64,000 bases of DNA, from assembly GCA_028023455.1 (NCBI GenBank), contig JAQFVV010000011.1:1240001-1304000 (forward strand). The letters run 5' to 3'. Below, piece after piece: positions 51,807 through 64,000 of the stretch. Each line of letters opens with the position of its first letter. Positions within the stretch are counted from its first letter, which is position 1. The position numbers and the translations under genes are program-made. The notes under the pieces are model-generated. The model did no database searches. It was not told where the DNA came from and saw only the letters and a list, made by a program, of their open reading frames with translations. The stretch comes from Epiperipatus broadwayi (taxonomy: Eukaryota; Animalia; Onychophora).

Positions 51807-52159
51807 TGAATTTTTTATGTTCAAGTATTATTTTACATCTTTTTGCATTTTTTTCTAGAGGAAAAAAAAACTTATATCCATTTTAAAAGAGGGGAAACTC
51901 AAATAATAAAAAATATTTTTTTAGAATAAAACTTTAATCTTGGAGAAAAAATATCTTAAAAATTAATACAATTTTCAGCACAATTTGATAGATATAAAAT
52001 TGACCGTCATATTTTATAAGAAGTCAGTTAAATAATTAATCCCAAAATCGTAAATCAAATTATTTTAGTTTAAAATCATAAAACTAACTAGTAAAATAAT
52101 ATTGAATTACTTGTACATTTACTTCATGTTTCAAAGTTTGTGATGCTTAATTTTTAATT

Positions 52160-52400
52160 ATAATTATATGTTGGACTATTTCTATAATCTACAACTAATT
52201 TTTAAATGTCTATACAAAAAATTAAACTTTTATTTAAATTCTTCAAATACACTCAACTGTTGGTAAGAATACTGAAGTTGGTAAATAATAGCATTAAAAT
52301 ATTATAAAAACATTTCAAGTGATATTTTTTCTTTTTTAGGCTTTCTGGTCTGAACAGGAATCGAATTTGCGATCTTTATGTTATGAACAATTAATTTAAA
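52160..52400 (-). mobile_element. SINE family B copy (diverged)
   Basis: atatgttggactatt...caactgtt...tttcaagtg...ctggtctgaa matches 32810-33000. Confidence 0.55.
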
Positions 52401-53031
52401 GTGATAATATATTCAGGCTAGAAAGCCTAAAAAAATAATAATATCAATTGAAATATTATGTTATATATTAATTTGGATATTATTTTTAAATATATATATA
52501 TTTAAAGATAACCGGATGGAAATAGTCCAAAACATATGCACTTAGCTCTTAAAAATGCATTTTTCTTTTTAAATTAGCTTCACTGTAAATTCACATTTCA
52601 CTCAATGACTCATTAAACATAAAGAGTAAATCGCTTGTCAATATACACAACGGTAATGAATATTTTTTTCACAAGTCGAAAAAAGATGAATTATAAATAG
52701 AAACATATATTTTATTTCTGCAATATATAAAATGCCTATCAAGCGCCACAATCAAATAAACTGTAATAAAATTGTACGACTGACAAAGCATTTCATGATC
52801 AAAGATGTAAGGTTACATCATATCTCAATCACTTTTATGATTATAATTTGTGGATCCCCCCCCCCCATCCCAAGAGATGTAAAAGTCCATGTCATGTGTG
52901 TGTATAAAAAAAACCCAATAATATTACAAATCTATATATTAAGATGGCTTTTTTTTTTTGCTTATTTACATAAAGATTGTTGACATTTAAATATTATAGA
53001 AAAAGTTTGATCACGAATGGATACTATAAGG

Positions 53032-54620
53032 CACGGGTAGGCAATTGTTTTGGCTCGGGGGGGGTGCACTTTGTAGAAGCGGAGGGCCGCACCTTTTAAA
53101 ATGATTGCATTCATTAGTTAACTTTGCATTTCAGAAAAGGTATAAATTGTATCATAAAAATCAATAAAATAAAATAGTGGCAGTTTTATTCAATTTATTT
53201 ATTCTACTAATTTCATATCATCCATAGCTGCAGCACATTTAATTTTAGAATCAGTTTAATGAGACAAATGTACCCTATCACAATTTTCTACAATTTTTTT
53301 GAAATCAGGAGTGAGATTACTTGTTGAGATTCTCATCACAGCCTGCAAATTAATGTCTAACAAAAAGCATCTATATTTACCCTTGTTGATCTTCAAGCAA
53401 GAAAAACTTTGCTCACAAATATACGTAGACCCAAATATAGAGAACATTTCCCCAGAAAATTTCTTCATACATGAAAATTTTTCAGCAGACAAAGAGTTGT
53501 AAAAGATAACTAATGTCACCGCATTAAACATTTCTTTCACAGTGTGATTTGACTGCATGTCAATAAGTTCAGCAGCTCTTCAGGTGCTGTGTCAATATCA
53601 GCAGTGATAGGATGAGAGCAAATTAAATTTAGGCTCAATTTTTCTTAAAGTCCTGAAATCTTCTTGTGACCTCATCCTCCAAACTCTGCAGATGATCCCT
53701 AATCTTAGCAGAAACACTTTCAGGCATTTTCTGTTTTCCTAATAAAGAGAAATGACAAAAATTGCCTTCACCTGCTTGCCTTGCAAATAGACCTGGTTTT
53801 GCTTTGAATGATTTCACATGCTTCCACATTTCATGTGCAAACAACCCCTTTCCTTACAATGCCACATTCAATTCATTCAATTTCTCAAATATATCAGCTG
53901 CAAACATCATCTCATATCTCTACTCCTCACATCCTATCTTTGTAATGAAATCGTGGAATATCTCATTCGTGTCCAGAAATAAGAGGATTTCATTCTGCAA
54001 TGCCCAGACTCTTTTTATCACTTTGACCAGGCTCAAACACCTCACACTATAGTAATAAATTATGTCTTCATACTCTGCCTCCACATTCTCAAGAAAAGAT
54101 TTGAACTGTCGATGGTGGAATGCCCTTGCTCTGATTGTATTCACCACACTAATAATAGGATCTACCACATGCTTTAAGTCCAGTGCAGCTTCACAAAGGC
54201 TCTCCTGATGCAAAATGCAATGAAAAGACAAAATATCACTGTCTGTGTCTTGTGCTTGTAATTTGTTTTTTAAAAGCTTAACCATAACTCCACTGAAAGC
54301 TCTGGCCCCATCTGTTCCATTTTGTTCTAGGACAAGCCACTTTTCTCCACACAATTCACAGCACCTGAAACAATTCCTGACCAGTGGTTCCATCTTTCAT
54401 TGATTCTAGGTCAAGTAATTCCTCTGTGATGATGAAATTTTCATTAATTCCAGAGATAAAGATGAGTAATTGTGCAATGTCTTCATTATCTGTGCTCTCA
54501 TCCAGTGCCAAAGAAAACCAAACAAAATCTTTGCTTGCAGTCTTCAGTTGTTCTGTGAGTTCATCACTAATTGAGTCAATATAGCAATTCCATAAATGTG
54601 TGTTCATCATGGCTCTTCTG
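53032..54620 (-). mobile_element. hAT Charlie/Buster/SPIN (GTF2IRD2-like) transposon: 3' TIR plus decayed transposase
   Basis: TIR-like cacgggtaggcaa at 53032; FSLALDESTD (D1), TDGARAFSG (D2), FHCILHQESLC (CxxH), VRCLS (RW), FGSTYICEQSFS (E). Frameshifted and 5'-truncated. Confidence 0.95.
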
Positions 54621-54969
54621 AAGATAAGAATTCTTTCAATAATAATTAAGTGAAGGATTCTGTGGGAATTAAGTTGCTACTTACATATAATAGATATAAC
54701 GGTTCAAAACAGAGTGTAATTGGTTTCAAAAATTCACTTTCCTTCCAAAATGCAGATAAACATCTATAAAGAAAATGAGATAAAGAGACAAGTCATCCAT
54801 TCTTTCTCTATAAAAGTTTTGCCTTGTGCTTTGAATTGACATGAGTCTACTTACTTAATAACCAGTAGTTTGAGTATTAAATTTTATGTTTATATTAATA
54901 CTTGAATTTCTGAAAATTTTCTCTAGTTGGGTAAGTGGAATATTATATGATTATTATTATTAGTAATAA

Positions 54970-55065
54970 TAACAAGTCAGATGTCACATGACTTATATAT
55001 AGCTTGCACTTACAAATATGTAAAATTAAGAGCGTGCTAATAGCTCTAAACAAGCTGTTAATCAA
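54970..55065 (-). mobile_element. Truncated P2 fragment
   Basis: aagtcagatgtcacatga...agcttg...ttacaaat matches 30630-30680. Confidence 0.6.
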
Positions 55066-56188
55066 TAATTTGAGAAGTCAAATAGTAATGTTAACACTAC
55101 AAAATATTGCAGAATTCTGAAATTTAACTCGGGAGATACATATTTATATGACATATATGCACACACATAAAGCCACATAAATATATAGGGAAAATTATAG
55201 CCTTAATTAGTTGGCTACTTTTTCAAAAATAACACAGACAAGATGCAAAATATGTATCCTGTAAATTTCATATTTTAGATCTTAGTTAAGAAAAATATAT
55301 TGTTTTAATAAAACAATGCTTTACTTATACATCTTTATAAATAATGTATTTTACTGATGTGGGATTCACTAAAATTTGCTATAATTCTAAAATAGAAAAG
55401 TAGTACAATAAATTAATGTTAAGAGGGAGGTAAAATACCATTGCTGATTAAGTATTATTGATAGCCTTGCATTAATCTGTAGCCTAGTTCAAAGTCAGCA
55501 ATTCACGAATAAAAAGCTGCATGCGTAATTTGGTCCCAAACTTATAACTATTTTATCATGATGAACACAAATGCTTTTATTTTTTTACTTAAAACAAATA
55601 TTTTCCTTATCAGCTTCTTCTTGACTGCCACCACTATAATAAATCTAATGGCTAATCTCCTAGCAGAGATTAAATGTAATCAAGGTTTTTACGTTAACAA
55701 GATCAGGTCTCAGTTATTTTCATAAATTTGCAACAAAAATTCATTGCATTTTTATTTCATTACAATTGTTAACTATCATTTTATTTAATAGAAAAATCTT
55801 TTTTAATATGAAATTTTATTAAAAGCTAAAAGTAATTAATCAATTCAACTATGTGAGCTTGGGAAGAGTGAAAATTTCAAATTATTCTCCGAAATTAGAC
55901 CAACTCTGTACCATATTAGAATCTTAAAATCTCATTAATGTTAGAGTATATATTTTTTTCATTGTTCGCTTTTAAGATAATTTTAATTTCCATTATATGT
56001 ACAGTGAATCTGTTTTCTTTTACTAAAAGAAATGTTGAATACAACTATAATCTGTATTTTTCATCTAATCCATTATAGCTCGTTTAATTTTTGGATCAAG
56101 ATCTTTAAATAAAAATGATTATTCCTAACAAAAAGATTGTCATTTCCTAGCCTAGTTGATTCAACGTTTTATCAGCAAATGTTTAACC

Positions 56189-56345
56189 ACTAAACATCAC
56201 ATGATCACTATCTCTTATACTAGCACATAATTGTTGTAAACAAAGGCAAAATTCCCCATACAGTAGTACAAGCCTTCTGGCATCCATTGATTACTCTGGT
56301 TGGCACAGGATGGCACTACTGTATGGAGAGTTTTGCCTTTGTTTA
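56189..56345 (-). mobile_element. Fold-back insertion family P1 with 13-bp TSD
   Basis: TSD caaatgtttaacc (56176-56188 and 56346-56358). Confidence 0.85.
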
Positions 56346-56504
56346 CAAATGTTTAACCTAATATGGTCTATTATGAATACTTTACATCTCACTATTATCA
56401 ATAATAGTTTGCCATTTTTCAACAAAATTCATGAGTAGATTTAATAATTATAACTACGCCATAACTGAGATTATTTAACATCACAAGTAATTAAAGTGTG
56501 TTAT

Positions 56505-56612
56505 TTTTTCCCCATATGTCATAGTATCGGCCGGGAAGTGAACCCGCAACAACTGACTGCAAGAAACTGCTTGCTTTGCAAGGTGGCTGCGCTGACCTCT
56601 TGGCTACAATGC
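56505..56612 (-). mobile_element. SINE family A copy
   Basis: gtcatagtatcggccgggaagtgaacccgcaac... is the reverse complement of the family head. Confidence 0.85.
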
Positions 56613-56614
56613 CT

Positions 56615-57265
56615 TTATTTAAGATAAATTACCAATATAATTTCAAAATGAACATACTCATATGGTTTTATTGCTAGGAAGATCAGAAGAAGTTTGGGAG
56701 CCAAAATCAATCCTGGGACCTCCCGATCCCAAGTCGAAAGCTTTATCAACTGTGGCAAACCACACAGGATAAAAAATGTGAATGGCTTTATTGCTTGGGA
56801 GTCCATAGGAAGTTTGAGTACCAGAATAGATTCTGGGATCTCTCGATCCCAAAATGGATGCTCTACCAATCATGCCCAAACATGCAAGGTCAAAAAAGGC
56901 ATAGGACTTTATCGCTCAAGAGGTCATAAGAAGTTCAGGCACCAGATCTGTGACTGTCGGAATTTATCCTGGGACCTCCTGATCCCAAGTCAAAAGCTTT
57001 ACCAACTGTGCAAAAACCATGCGGGATAAAAAAATGTAAATGGCTTTATTGCTTGGGAGTCCATAAGAAGTTTGAATGGCAGAATAGATACTGAGATCTC
57101 TTGATACCAAAAATGGATGCTCTATCAATCGCACCAAAACATGCAAGGTAAAAGAGTCATATGACTTTATTGCTCGGGAGTCCATAAGAAGTTCAAGCAC
57201 CAGATCTGCGAGTGCCGGAATTGATCCTGGAATTTCCCGATCCCAAGTTGGATGATCTATCAATT
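56615..57265 (-). repeat. Higher-order tandem array of five tRNA-like (Pro-TGG-like) heads
   Basis: ~256-258 bp period (56711, 56967, 57225) built from two ~120-137 bp subunits. Each subunit has an A-box-like start, a cttggga/tttggga loop and a B-box-like ggatcaattcc. Confidence 0.8.
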
Positions 57266-57563
57266 ACATAGAGTATGTACATAAAAAAAATATTTTTATG
57301 ACCACAGCAAGACCATCTTAACTATGCTCTCAAAATTCATGAATTCAATATCAGTTTGAAATATAAAAAAAATTAGAAATTCATACATTTCACATGGATA
57401 TTTAGTCATATTGGCATGATCTTAGAAAAAGCACCGCAATATAGCTTTTCTGCTTGCAAGCTTGCATAAAAATATAACATTTGTTTAAAATGGCCTTAAA
57501 GTGCTCTCTTTATATTATTTTCTATTATTGTTTATATTTGTAATTTTATTTGGCAAACAAATG

Positions 57564-57670
57564 GTCGAACATTGGTGGACGAGAGGTCAGCAACAGCTGC
57601 TTTACAAGCAGTTGTCCCAGGTTAGCGGGTTCGCTTCCCGGCAGATGCTATGACACATGAGGAAAAAAAA
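57564..57670 (+). mobile_element. SINE family A copy
   Basis: attggtggacgagaggtcagc...gggttcgcttcccggcagatgctatgac followed by an A-tail. Confidence 0.85.
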
Positions 57671-58099
57671 CATTTTTAATGCCCATGATCTAAGAAATAA
57701 CTATTTCATACGAGGAAAATAATAAAACTTTTTAGGTCACACAAATTGAAAATGTATTGCCAAATAAAATTTTTCTTTATGTGATAAAATGAAATGATTA
57801 ATGTCATTAAAAAACTAAGTTACATGTGGAAGTTGTCTAAATATTCAGTAGGAAAATATCAACTATTTGCCAAATAATTAAAAAAAACGGCATTGCTTGC
57901 ATGCTTGAAATTGTTTACATTCACAACAAATGATAAATATTTAATGAAGACTGAAAAATGTTCTGGTAGATAATAATGTATCACATGCAATGTAAGATTT
58001 ACATGAAGAATGTATGAGAAGGTTATGCAGATTCAAAGATTAGTAAGTAATTAAATACACCACATAGTCATTACATTTTCAGCATTTTATAATCAATTT

Positions 58100-58200
58100 T
58101 TTTTCCATGTGTCAAAGCATCAGCTGGGAAGCGAACCCATGAACATGGGACAACTGCTTGTAAGGCAGCTGTGCTGACCACTCGGCCACCAAAGCTTGAC
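58100..58200 (-). mobile_element. SINE family A copy with 16-bp TSD
   Basis: TSD attttataatcaattt (58084-58099 and 58201-58216). Confidence 0.9.
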
Positions 58201-59516
58201 ATTTTATAATCAATTTCATCACAAAAAGAATGAAGAGCAATTAATTGGTTTTTTTAAAAAATCAGATTAAGGGAAACATTAACATAATACTCACCTAGAC
58301 TTGAATTCAGTGCCACACATAAATATATAAATGAGTTCATTTTATCTCTTTTTATTACTCCATTGCCTTTTATAACTGTATTAGTCTATTTTTTGTTCTG
58401 ATGTTTTAATGTGTATAATTTTTAAATTAAATTCTCTCATAGATATATATATACACATTTAAAATATCTATACTACGCATAACCCTATTAATATGACTGA
58501 AGCCACATTAATCAGGTTTGAACATGTATGTGTATCTATGCATATATATATATGGTAAGGAAAGAGAAAATCAAAATGCTTTTGCTAGTTAGTCAAGAAC
58601 ATTTGTAATTCATAAACTAAAAGGCATTTTGAGATCTTTTTGGTTTCACCTGTTTTGAATCTAATTATAAATAAAATCTTATTGATTCTAATTGAAAATA
58701 GAATGATGAGTTTAATCCCCCCAAAAATTATGAATCAACAATATTTCAGAAATTGGAAATAAAAAAATAAAAGTTGGCAAAGAATTTTCTTTCTTGTAAT
58801 ACAGAGTAGATAAAAAAAGAAGAAGAAAGCAAACAGCTATTTATTTCTTCTGTTGGAATAAAATAATAATACTGTCGATAAGCTTGTTTCCCTACATGTT
58901 GTTGAAGAGAACAATGGAATACCTTTTCTCTGAAATCCGAGATTGTAGAAGTCTACAATATGGTTGGTGCTGGCAGATAACAAAAACAGTCTACATGATG
59001 GTATGAGTGATGGCTAATTAGCAGGCAATATGCAATCATTCATTCGGAGGTCAATTTCATTTCAGTGTTGATTTATGGATTCCAAACTGCAAGCTATATG
59101 TAACAGCAGTGTTGAAGTAAGCCAAGCAGAGAAAAGATTTTGCCTTACTGCTAATTAAAATTGCAACACCTGTATCAGAAGCTATAAGAATGTTTTATTA
59201 TAGTATTTAATCTTTACCATGGTAAATTAGGCAAAAATAAGAAGCAAATCAAGCGGAAGACCTGAGTACACAGCCCAATCGCCTCTAAGATGCCAGTAAA
59301 GAAATAGACTGTATAACCAAATTACCAATACCCTACATGCACTTTGCTATTATAACTATAATTCATATGTCTATAATGAAATATATCTTCAAGGCAAGTT
59401 ATAAAGACTACCGACAGTAATTACAGAAAACATATCTACAAACCCAGGATGTAGGACTTTAAATATTTGTTTTGACCGATAAGATATTCATTCTTATAAA
59501 GATTAAAAGACATTAA

Positions 59517-59690
59517 TTATTGTGATATGCCTGATTTTATATCTACATTTGGAATCACTAGACGTAAAAACTGACATATATATTGTTATGTGCTTGATTT
59601 TATATCTATATTTAAAATCATTAGCTGTAAAAACTGAAATATATGTTAATTGTTATGTGCTTGATTTTATATCTACATTTAGAATCAATA
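59517..59690. repeat. Three-copy ~62-68 bp minisatellite
   Basis: tatg(tg)c(t)tgattttatatcta.attt..aatca repeated three times. Confidence 0.85.
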
Positions 59691-60049
59691 TTATATAGAT
59701 GCAACCAAATTACATATATTTTGCTTTATTAATAAATTGTTAAATTCTTGTTTTATTAATCCATTTGTTTGTTTTAAATAAGTTTAAACATTATAACTTC
59801 AATACGTATATGGTAATTTATAAATTATTCACAAGTCTGAGAACATGCAAACCAATGAGAAATATGCTGGGGTGTCAAGGTAATAATTTTGAATTGATAA
59901 TCATCGTTATCTTAAAAGTATTCAAGGTAAACGTTTTTTTTTTTTGAAGTTACTTTTAGAATGTTTGTGATCTTAAAATCATCATCATTCCCATCGTTTA
60001 ATAAAATTATATTGATTTAAACCAGAATTTATGAGATTCACAGATACAT

Positions 60050-60210
60050 GTAGTAGGTCTCACTGATGACAGCCAGTCATTAGAAACTGGTCTGGGGATA
60101 GGAATATTTGGAAAAGCTTGTTAAGAGCTATTCACACTCATTATATAACATTTGTAGTACAAGCTTATTAAATTAAGTCACGTGATATATGACTTGATTT
60201 CCTTGCATTT
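60050..60210 (+). mobile_element. PLE-type terminal repeat (family P2) with hammerhead
   Basis: Matches the reverse complement of 30620-30770. Confidence 0.7.
60058..60097 (+). ncRNA. Minimal type-I hammerhead motif with eroded stem II
   Basis: UCUCA CUGAUGA cagccagucauua GAAA C ug GUC UGGGG. Confidence 0.6.
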
Positions 60211-60459
60211 ATCATTATATATGTACTTATCAATCATTCAATATCTTTATGTATATATATATTGTGTATATCATTGGTTTGAGTTCAAACCTGCACTACT
60301 GAGGTATTTACTATTACATAATAACCAATAGTGAGGGAGTTTACTGGTATAATAAATGTATGTGGATTAAAATGCATATTATTTAATATGAATGCAATGG
60401 ACTCAAATCAAAAGATCAAATCTAAAATAAGTGACTTTTCTTACAATTGATTTAAATAT

Positions 60460-60700
60460 ACTGTAACAGAATGATCAACATGGCGCAGCACCATATGTAA
60501 TAGGATGATATATATGATGTGATTGGGCCACACTTAGGCAGCCAAATGAACTGGATGCTGTATATGGCAGAATAGAATTATTTGCCATACTTACAGACTC
60601 AATCAGGATTTATGATGAACATAGGGAGAGCATTATCAGTTTAAAAACCAATTGCTGGTAATGTGGCTCAGCAGCAGTAATATTTCCTGCTCATCACCTG
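60460..60700 (+). mobile_element. Possible highly decayed Tc1/mariner transposase fragment
   Basis: QHGAAPY (QQDGAPPH-like), followed at plausible spacing by eroded WIG and WPxxSPDL-like text. Confidence 0.35.
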
Positions 60701-62858
60701 AATATGGTTTATGATATGTGAAATTATTACAATATTTATTAGTTTGGGCTGGTTGCACTATTTAATACTTATAACACAATATTAGCAACCGAAGTTTGAA
60801 TCTATATCCATTTAGTGGCTATCTTATTGGCATTAAACCATAGCATGAAACTCATTCATGATATAACACTACTTAGTTTAAACCTCTGATAAATTAGTGA
60901 AGTGCATAAAAGTGAAAAAAGGCAAAAATATATAACAATTAACAATGGCAACCATGTAATGTACCTCCACACCCACTCAAACAATATACTTTATCTCAAA
61001 ATGGATAATACAAACATCAATAAGGCATGGACATTAACTTTCTAGGTAATGCTATTTAATAAATTGCATGACATTTTGTTATGTTTAACTCATATAGTTG
61101 CATAATAATAAATAATAAAAAACATATATATTAATTTAGAAATTGAATAATATATAAAACAAATGTACATGATACATCTTACTCTGGAAAAATAAACATA
61201 TAATATTTTCAGAGTAAGTAGATTAGCATTAACTATAAAATAAATAGTAATCGTTAATTGTTAACAAAAGTATAGTCATACACGATGTATATACAGACAA
61301 AGAAAACAAAAACAATAGATTTTTACTTCAGTCTGTTCAGCTTTTGTCAACAAAAACGCAAATATATATATAAAGATAATATGTTAAGAGTTCCAATATT
61401 TATTCAGCTATAGTTGTTCATGACCACTAAACTATATAATCTTTGAGATTATCTTTTTGTTTCATTTTGCAATGAAGTAATTTCAATGTAGATCATTAAT
61501 TAATCCACATATTTTTTGACTTGATTGGAAATATTTAAACTAATCCATTAAATTATATACTGTTGTAGAATGAAGGAAACTTATTTTATTTCATGAAAAT
61601 AGTCCATATCTTTTCACTGACTGATAGGTGAATAAATGAATCAGTTTATTGGACATTGTTTTGGGTTGCTTAATTGGCAGGCATCAGTATATTTTCTTTC
61701 TTGTAAGGTTGATAAGAAATAGAACTAAGGTGGAGTGACAGTGATTTCTTATTCATAAAATAGATAGATACCTTCTTTCCATACTAGGACAGTCTTTCCA
61801 ATTTGAGGTTGGATAATGTCAATTCATCTTCTATGGAGTAATCACACCAGCTGAGAGATGAACCACAGGAGCTTTTAGCAAGTCATTCTGATAAAATTTA
61901 AACTACATATATAAGTGGCCATAATAGAAATATTAACAATATAATCTATTTTTGTACATATATTCACAAGATGTAATTCATTGAGACAGTTACTACTCTA
62001 TTCAATATGACTATCATGGTAAATGTTTTTGCAGAACACTCTCTCTGCTAGCAAAACATCATTTAATAATTAAAATTACTACAACTTTTTATAGATTATG
62101 GTAAGTTTATTGATAAATAACTTAGTCTTAATCCTAATGGTATGTTTATGGATTAAGAATTATGAAGAACCATAAAATATAGAAATAAAGAAGGCAAACA
62201 GATAAAAATAAGAATTTTTTTTTTTTTTCAAATTTGAATTTCTTTTGAACAAAGCGCATTATAAATATGATTTTTAATAACTTGAAAACTTTTGTTTAGT
62301 TAACAATTTCAGTTTGTTTTGAATCTATTATATTTTATTTTTTTCCCCTTACAATTATAATTAGTTAACTTTTTTTTAAATATATACACATAAAAAATAA
62401 GTTTGAGAGTACATATCAATACGCACATACTTATAATTATGAGAATGAACTTAACCCTTTTCCTACTGAACCTGTATTCTTATTTCTGTTTAAGCCTTTC
62501 ACCAATTGATGGATGCATTTTTACTATATATAAAAATATATATTACAAAATTCAATTAGATTTTCCATTCATCATTACCCCCCCCCCCATTTAACCCAGT
62601 ATTTCAAATTATCAGATAGTATTACGGTCACTATAGATATGTACACGTGTAAGTGGGTTAATATTTGCAGACATACAATTTACAAATATGTATTTTCTTT
62701 TTTGAATTTTGACAATTAAAAATGCCTTATTGAATAATTTGTTGTATTTTAAAAATGTCTCTTTAAAAACTAAAATTAATTTTAGTTATAACTGTAGTAT
62801 TTTACATGCCATCAGAAAATTGACAGCCATTAGTACTTTGAGTTTACAATGCTATTTT

Positions 62859-62955
62859 TTTATTTTTATATATGTCAAAGCGTTGACCGGAAAGTGAACC
62901 CAGGCCAGCTGCTTGGAAGGCAGCTATGCTAACCGCTAGGCCACCAACGCTTGAC
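62859..62955 (-). mobile_element. SINE family A copy closest to tRNA-Gly(TCC)
   Basis: 62880-62950 reads GCGTTGGTGGCCTAGCGGTTAGCATAGCTGCCTTCCAAGCAGCTGGCCTGGGTTCACTTTCCGGTCAACGC. T-loop is altered; A-tail; TSD tacaat(g/a)ctatttt (62845-62858 and 62956-62969). Confidence 0.9.
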
Positions 62956-63079
62956 TACAATACTATTTTGTTGATAGATTTACTATTACTACATAACATG
63001 TTTTTTAAAATGATATATTGTAAGTACTCTTTCTTTCTCAATATCAAATATTTTTAAAAATATAAAGCTTCAAGTTATA

Positions 63080-63730
63080 TCTATTCACCACACTTAACTT
63101 TATATTCCCCAGTATTAATCAGCATTACTTTTGATTTTTCTTCACTAAATTTAATCCCCATCTCTTTACCCACCTTTGCGCATGTCTTCAGCATAACATC
63201 CATATCTTCCCTTCTTTCTGTATACAAACAGACATCATCCACAAAAAAAGACCCGACAAAGTATATACTGCCTTGCCACCTATTAACGGTATCTCTATCC
63301 CTCTTCCTAGTCTTTCTATTGCTCTCTCCATTTCACTCAAATACAGCAAAAACAAAATAGGTGACATAGGGCATCATTGTTAGTCCTACCCCATTTTTAA
63401 CTTTAATTGATTCTATATCCCCTAATTGATATGTATAGTAATTATTTTCATATAATTTTTTAATAATATCCACTTAAGCTTCATCCATTCCCAAATTTGC
63501 TAAACTTACCCATAATCTACTTCTACTTACCCTATCATATGTCTTCTCTATATCTATAAAACTCATATATAATTGTCTACCTGAATTCCTACTCATATCC
63601 GTAAGTTGTGTAACTACAAATAAACTATCTCCTATATGCCTATCTGATCTAACACTCCTTGCATTTCTCCCACTACATTATTTTCCTCCATCCATTTGGC
63701 AACTATAAATGAGAACATTTTAAGCACCCT
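63080..63730 (-). mobile_element. Decayed LINE RT core, probably same group as 3340-6300
   Basis: YMSFIDIEKTYDRVSRSRLW, GL....CPMSPILFLLYL, FFVDDVCL (FADD), GIKFSEEKSKVM. Confidence 0.85.
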
Positions 63731-64000
63731 CTATTAGCTCATGATTTAATTAAGATACAATATATTATAGAATGAGCTGAGGGCTGTTAAAACACATAAG
63801 TTAGCTAGAGAAAAAAAAGTAGTGTTATGGAAATTGAATGCAAATCATAAAAGCAGTTTGAAATTATATAACATATATATAATACAAAAGAATGCATGAT
63901 AGCATTAAAAGGAGATTTTATTGTTATTTGGTGCAAGATACCAGGCAAAAAAGTGTAAAGATGGAATAACGATTTGACTTGTAGATTACTTTAAGTAAAG

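Noticed and set aside
56615-57263. ORFs 56615-56869, 56658-56879, 56694-57029 and 56964-57263 as real proteins
   Set aside because: They are by-products of a GC-richer tandem repeat, open on both strands with no domain signal.
56615-57265. CRISPR-like repeat-spacer array
   Set aside because: The 'spacers' are themselves repeated with a 256-258 bp period, the repeats are diverged, there are no cas genes and the context is eukaryotic.
58299-58380. Minus-strand exon candidate ending at a GTGAGT donor
   Set aside because: Stops in all frames; the splice-like motif alone is insufficient.
61770-61890. Minus-strand exon candidate (AG...GT bounded)
   Set aside because: All three frames contain stops and no homolog is recognised.
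62880-62950. Functional tRNA-Gly(TCC) gene
   Set aside because: T-loop is TTCACTT (A58 lost). It has an A-rich tail and a TSD, and belongs to a dispersed family, so it is a SINE or retro-pseudogene.

Overview
A very AT-rich eukaryotic window (invertebrate-like; host not identifiable from sequence). It is almost entirely nested, decayed transposable elements, and I found no host protein-coding gene I can support. Recognisable content: RTE, CR1/L2-like, Ingi/Vingi-like and other LINE remnants; Penelope-like element (PLE) GIY-YIG remnants; a Ty3/Gypsy gag-protease-RT remnant; two hAT transposase pseudogenes; two tRNA-derived SINE families; a tandem array of tRNA-like heads; a ~4.5-kb foldback element; and microsatellites. 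Two things stand out. (1) Three diverged 2.2-2.7 kb TG...CA LTR-like elements (14167-16568, 33971-36168, 47700-50409) appear by manual alignment to share a small (~116 aa) ORF that I do not recognise, intact at 48488-48838, plus remnants of a second, convergent ORF. (2) About ten short fold-back insertions, several with 12-14 bp target-site duplications, belong to several PLE-type families; a subset carries minimal type-I hammerhead ribozyme motifs. All homology calls are by eye; no database searches were run.
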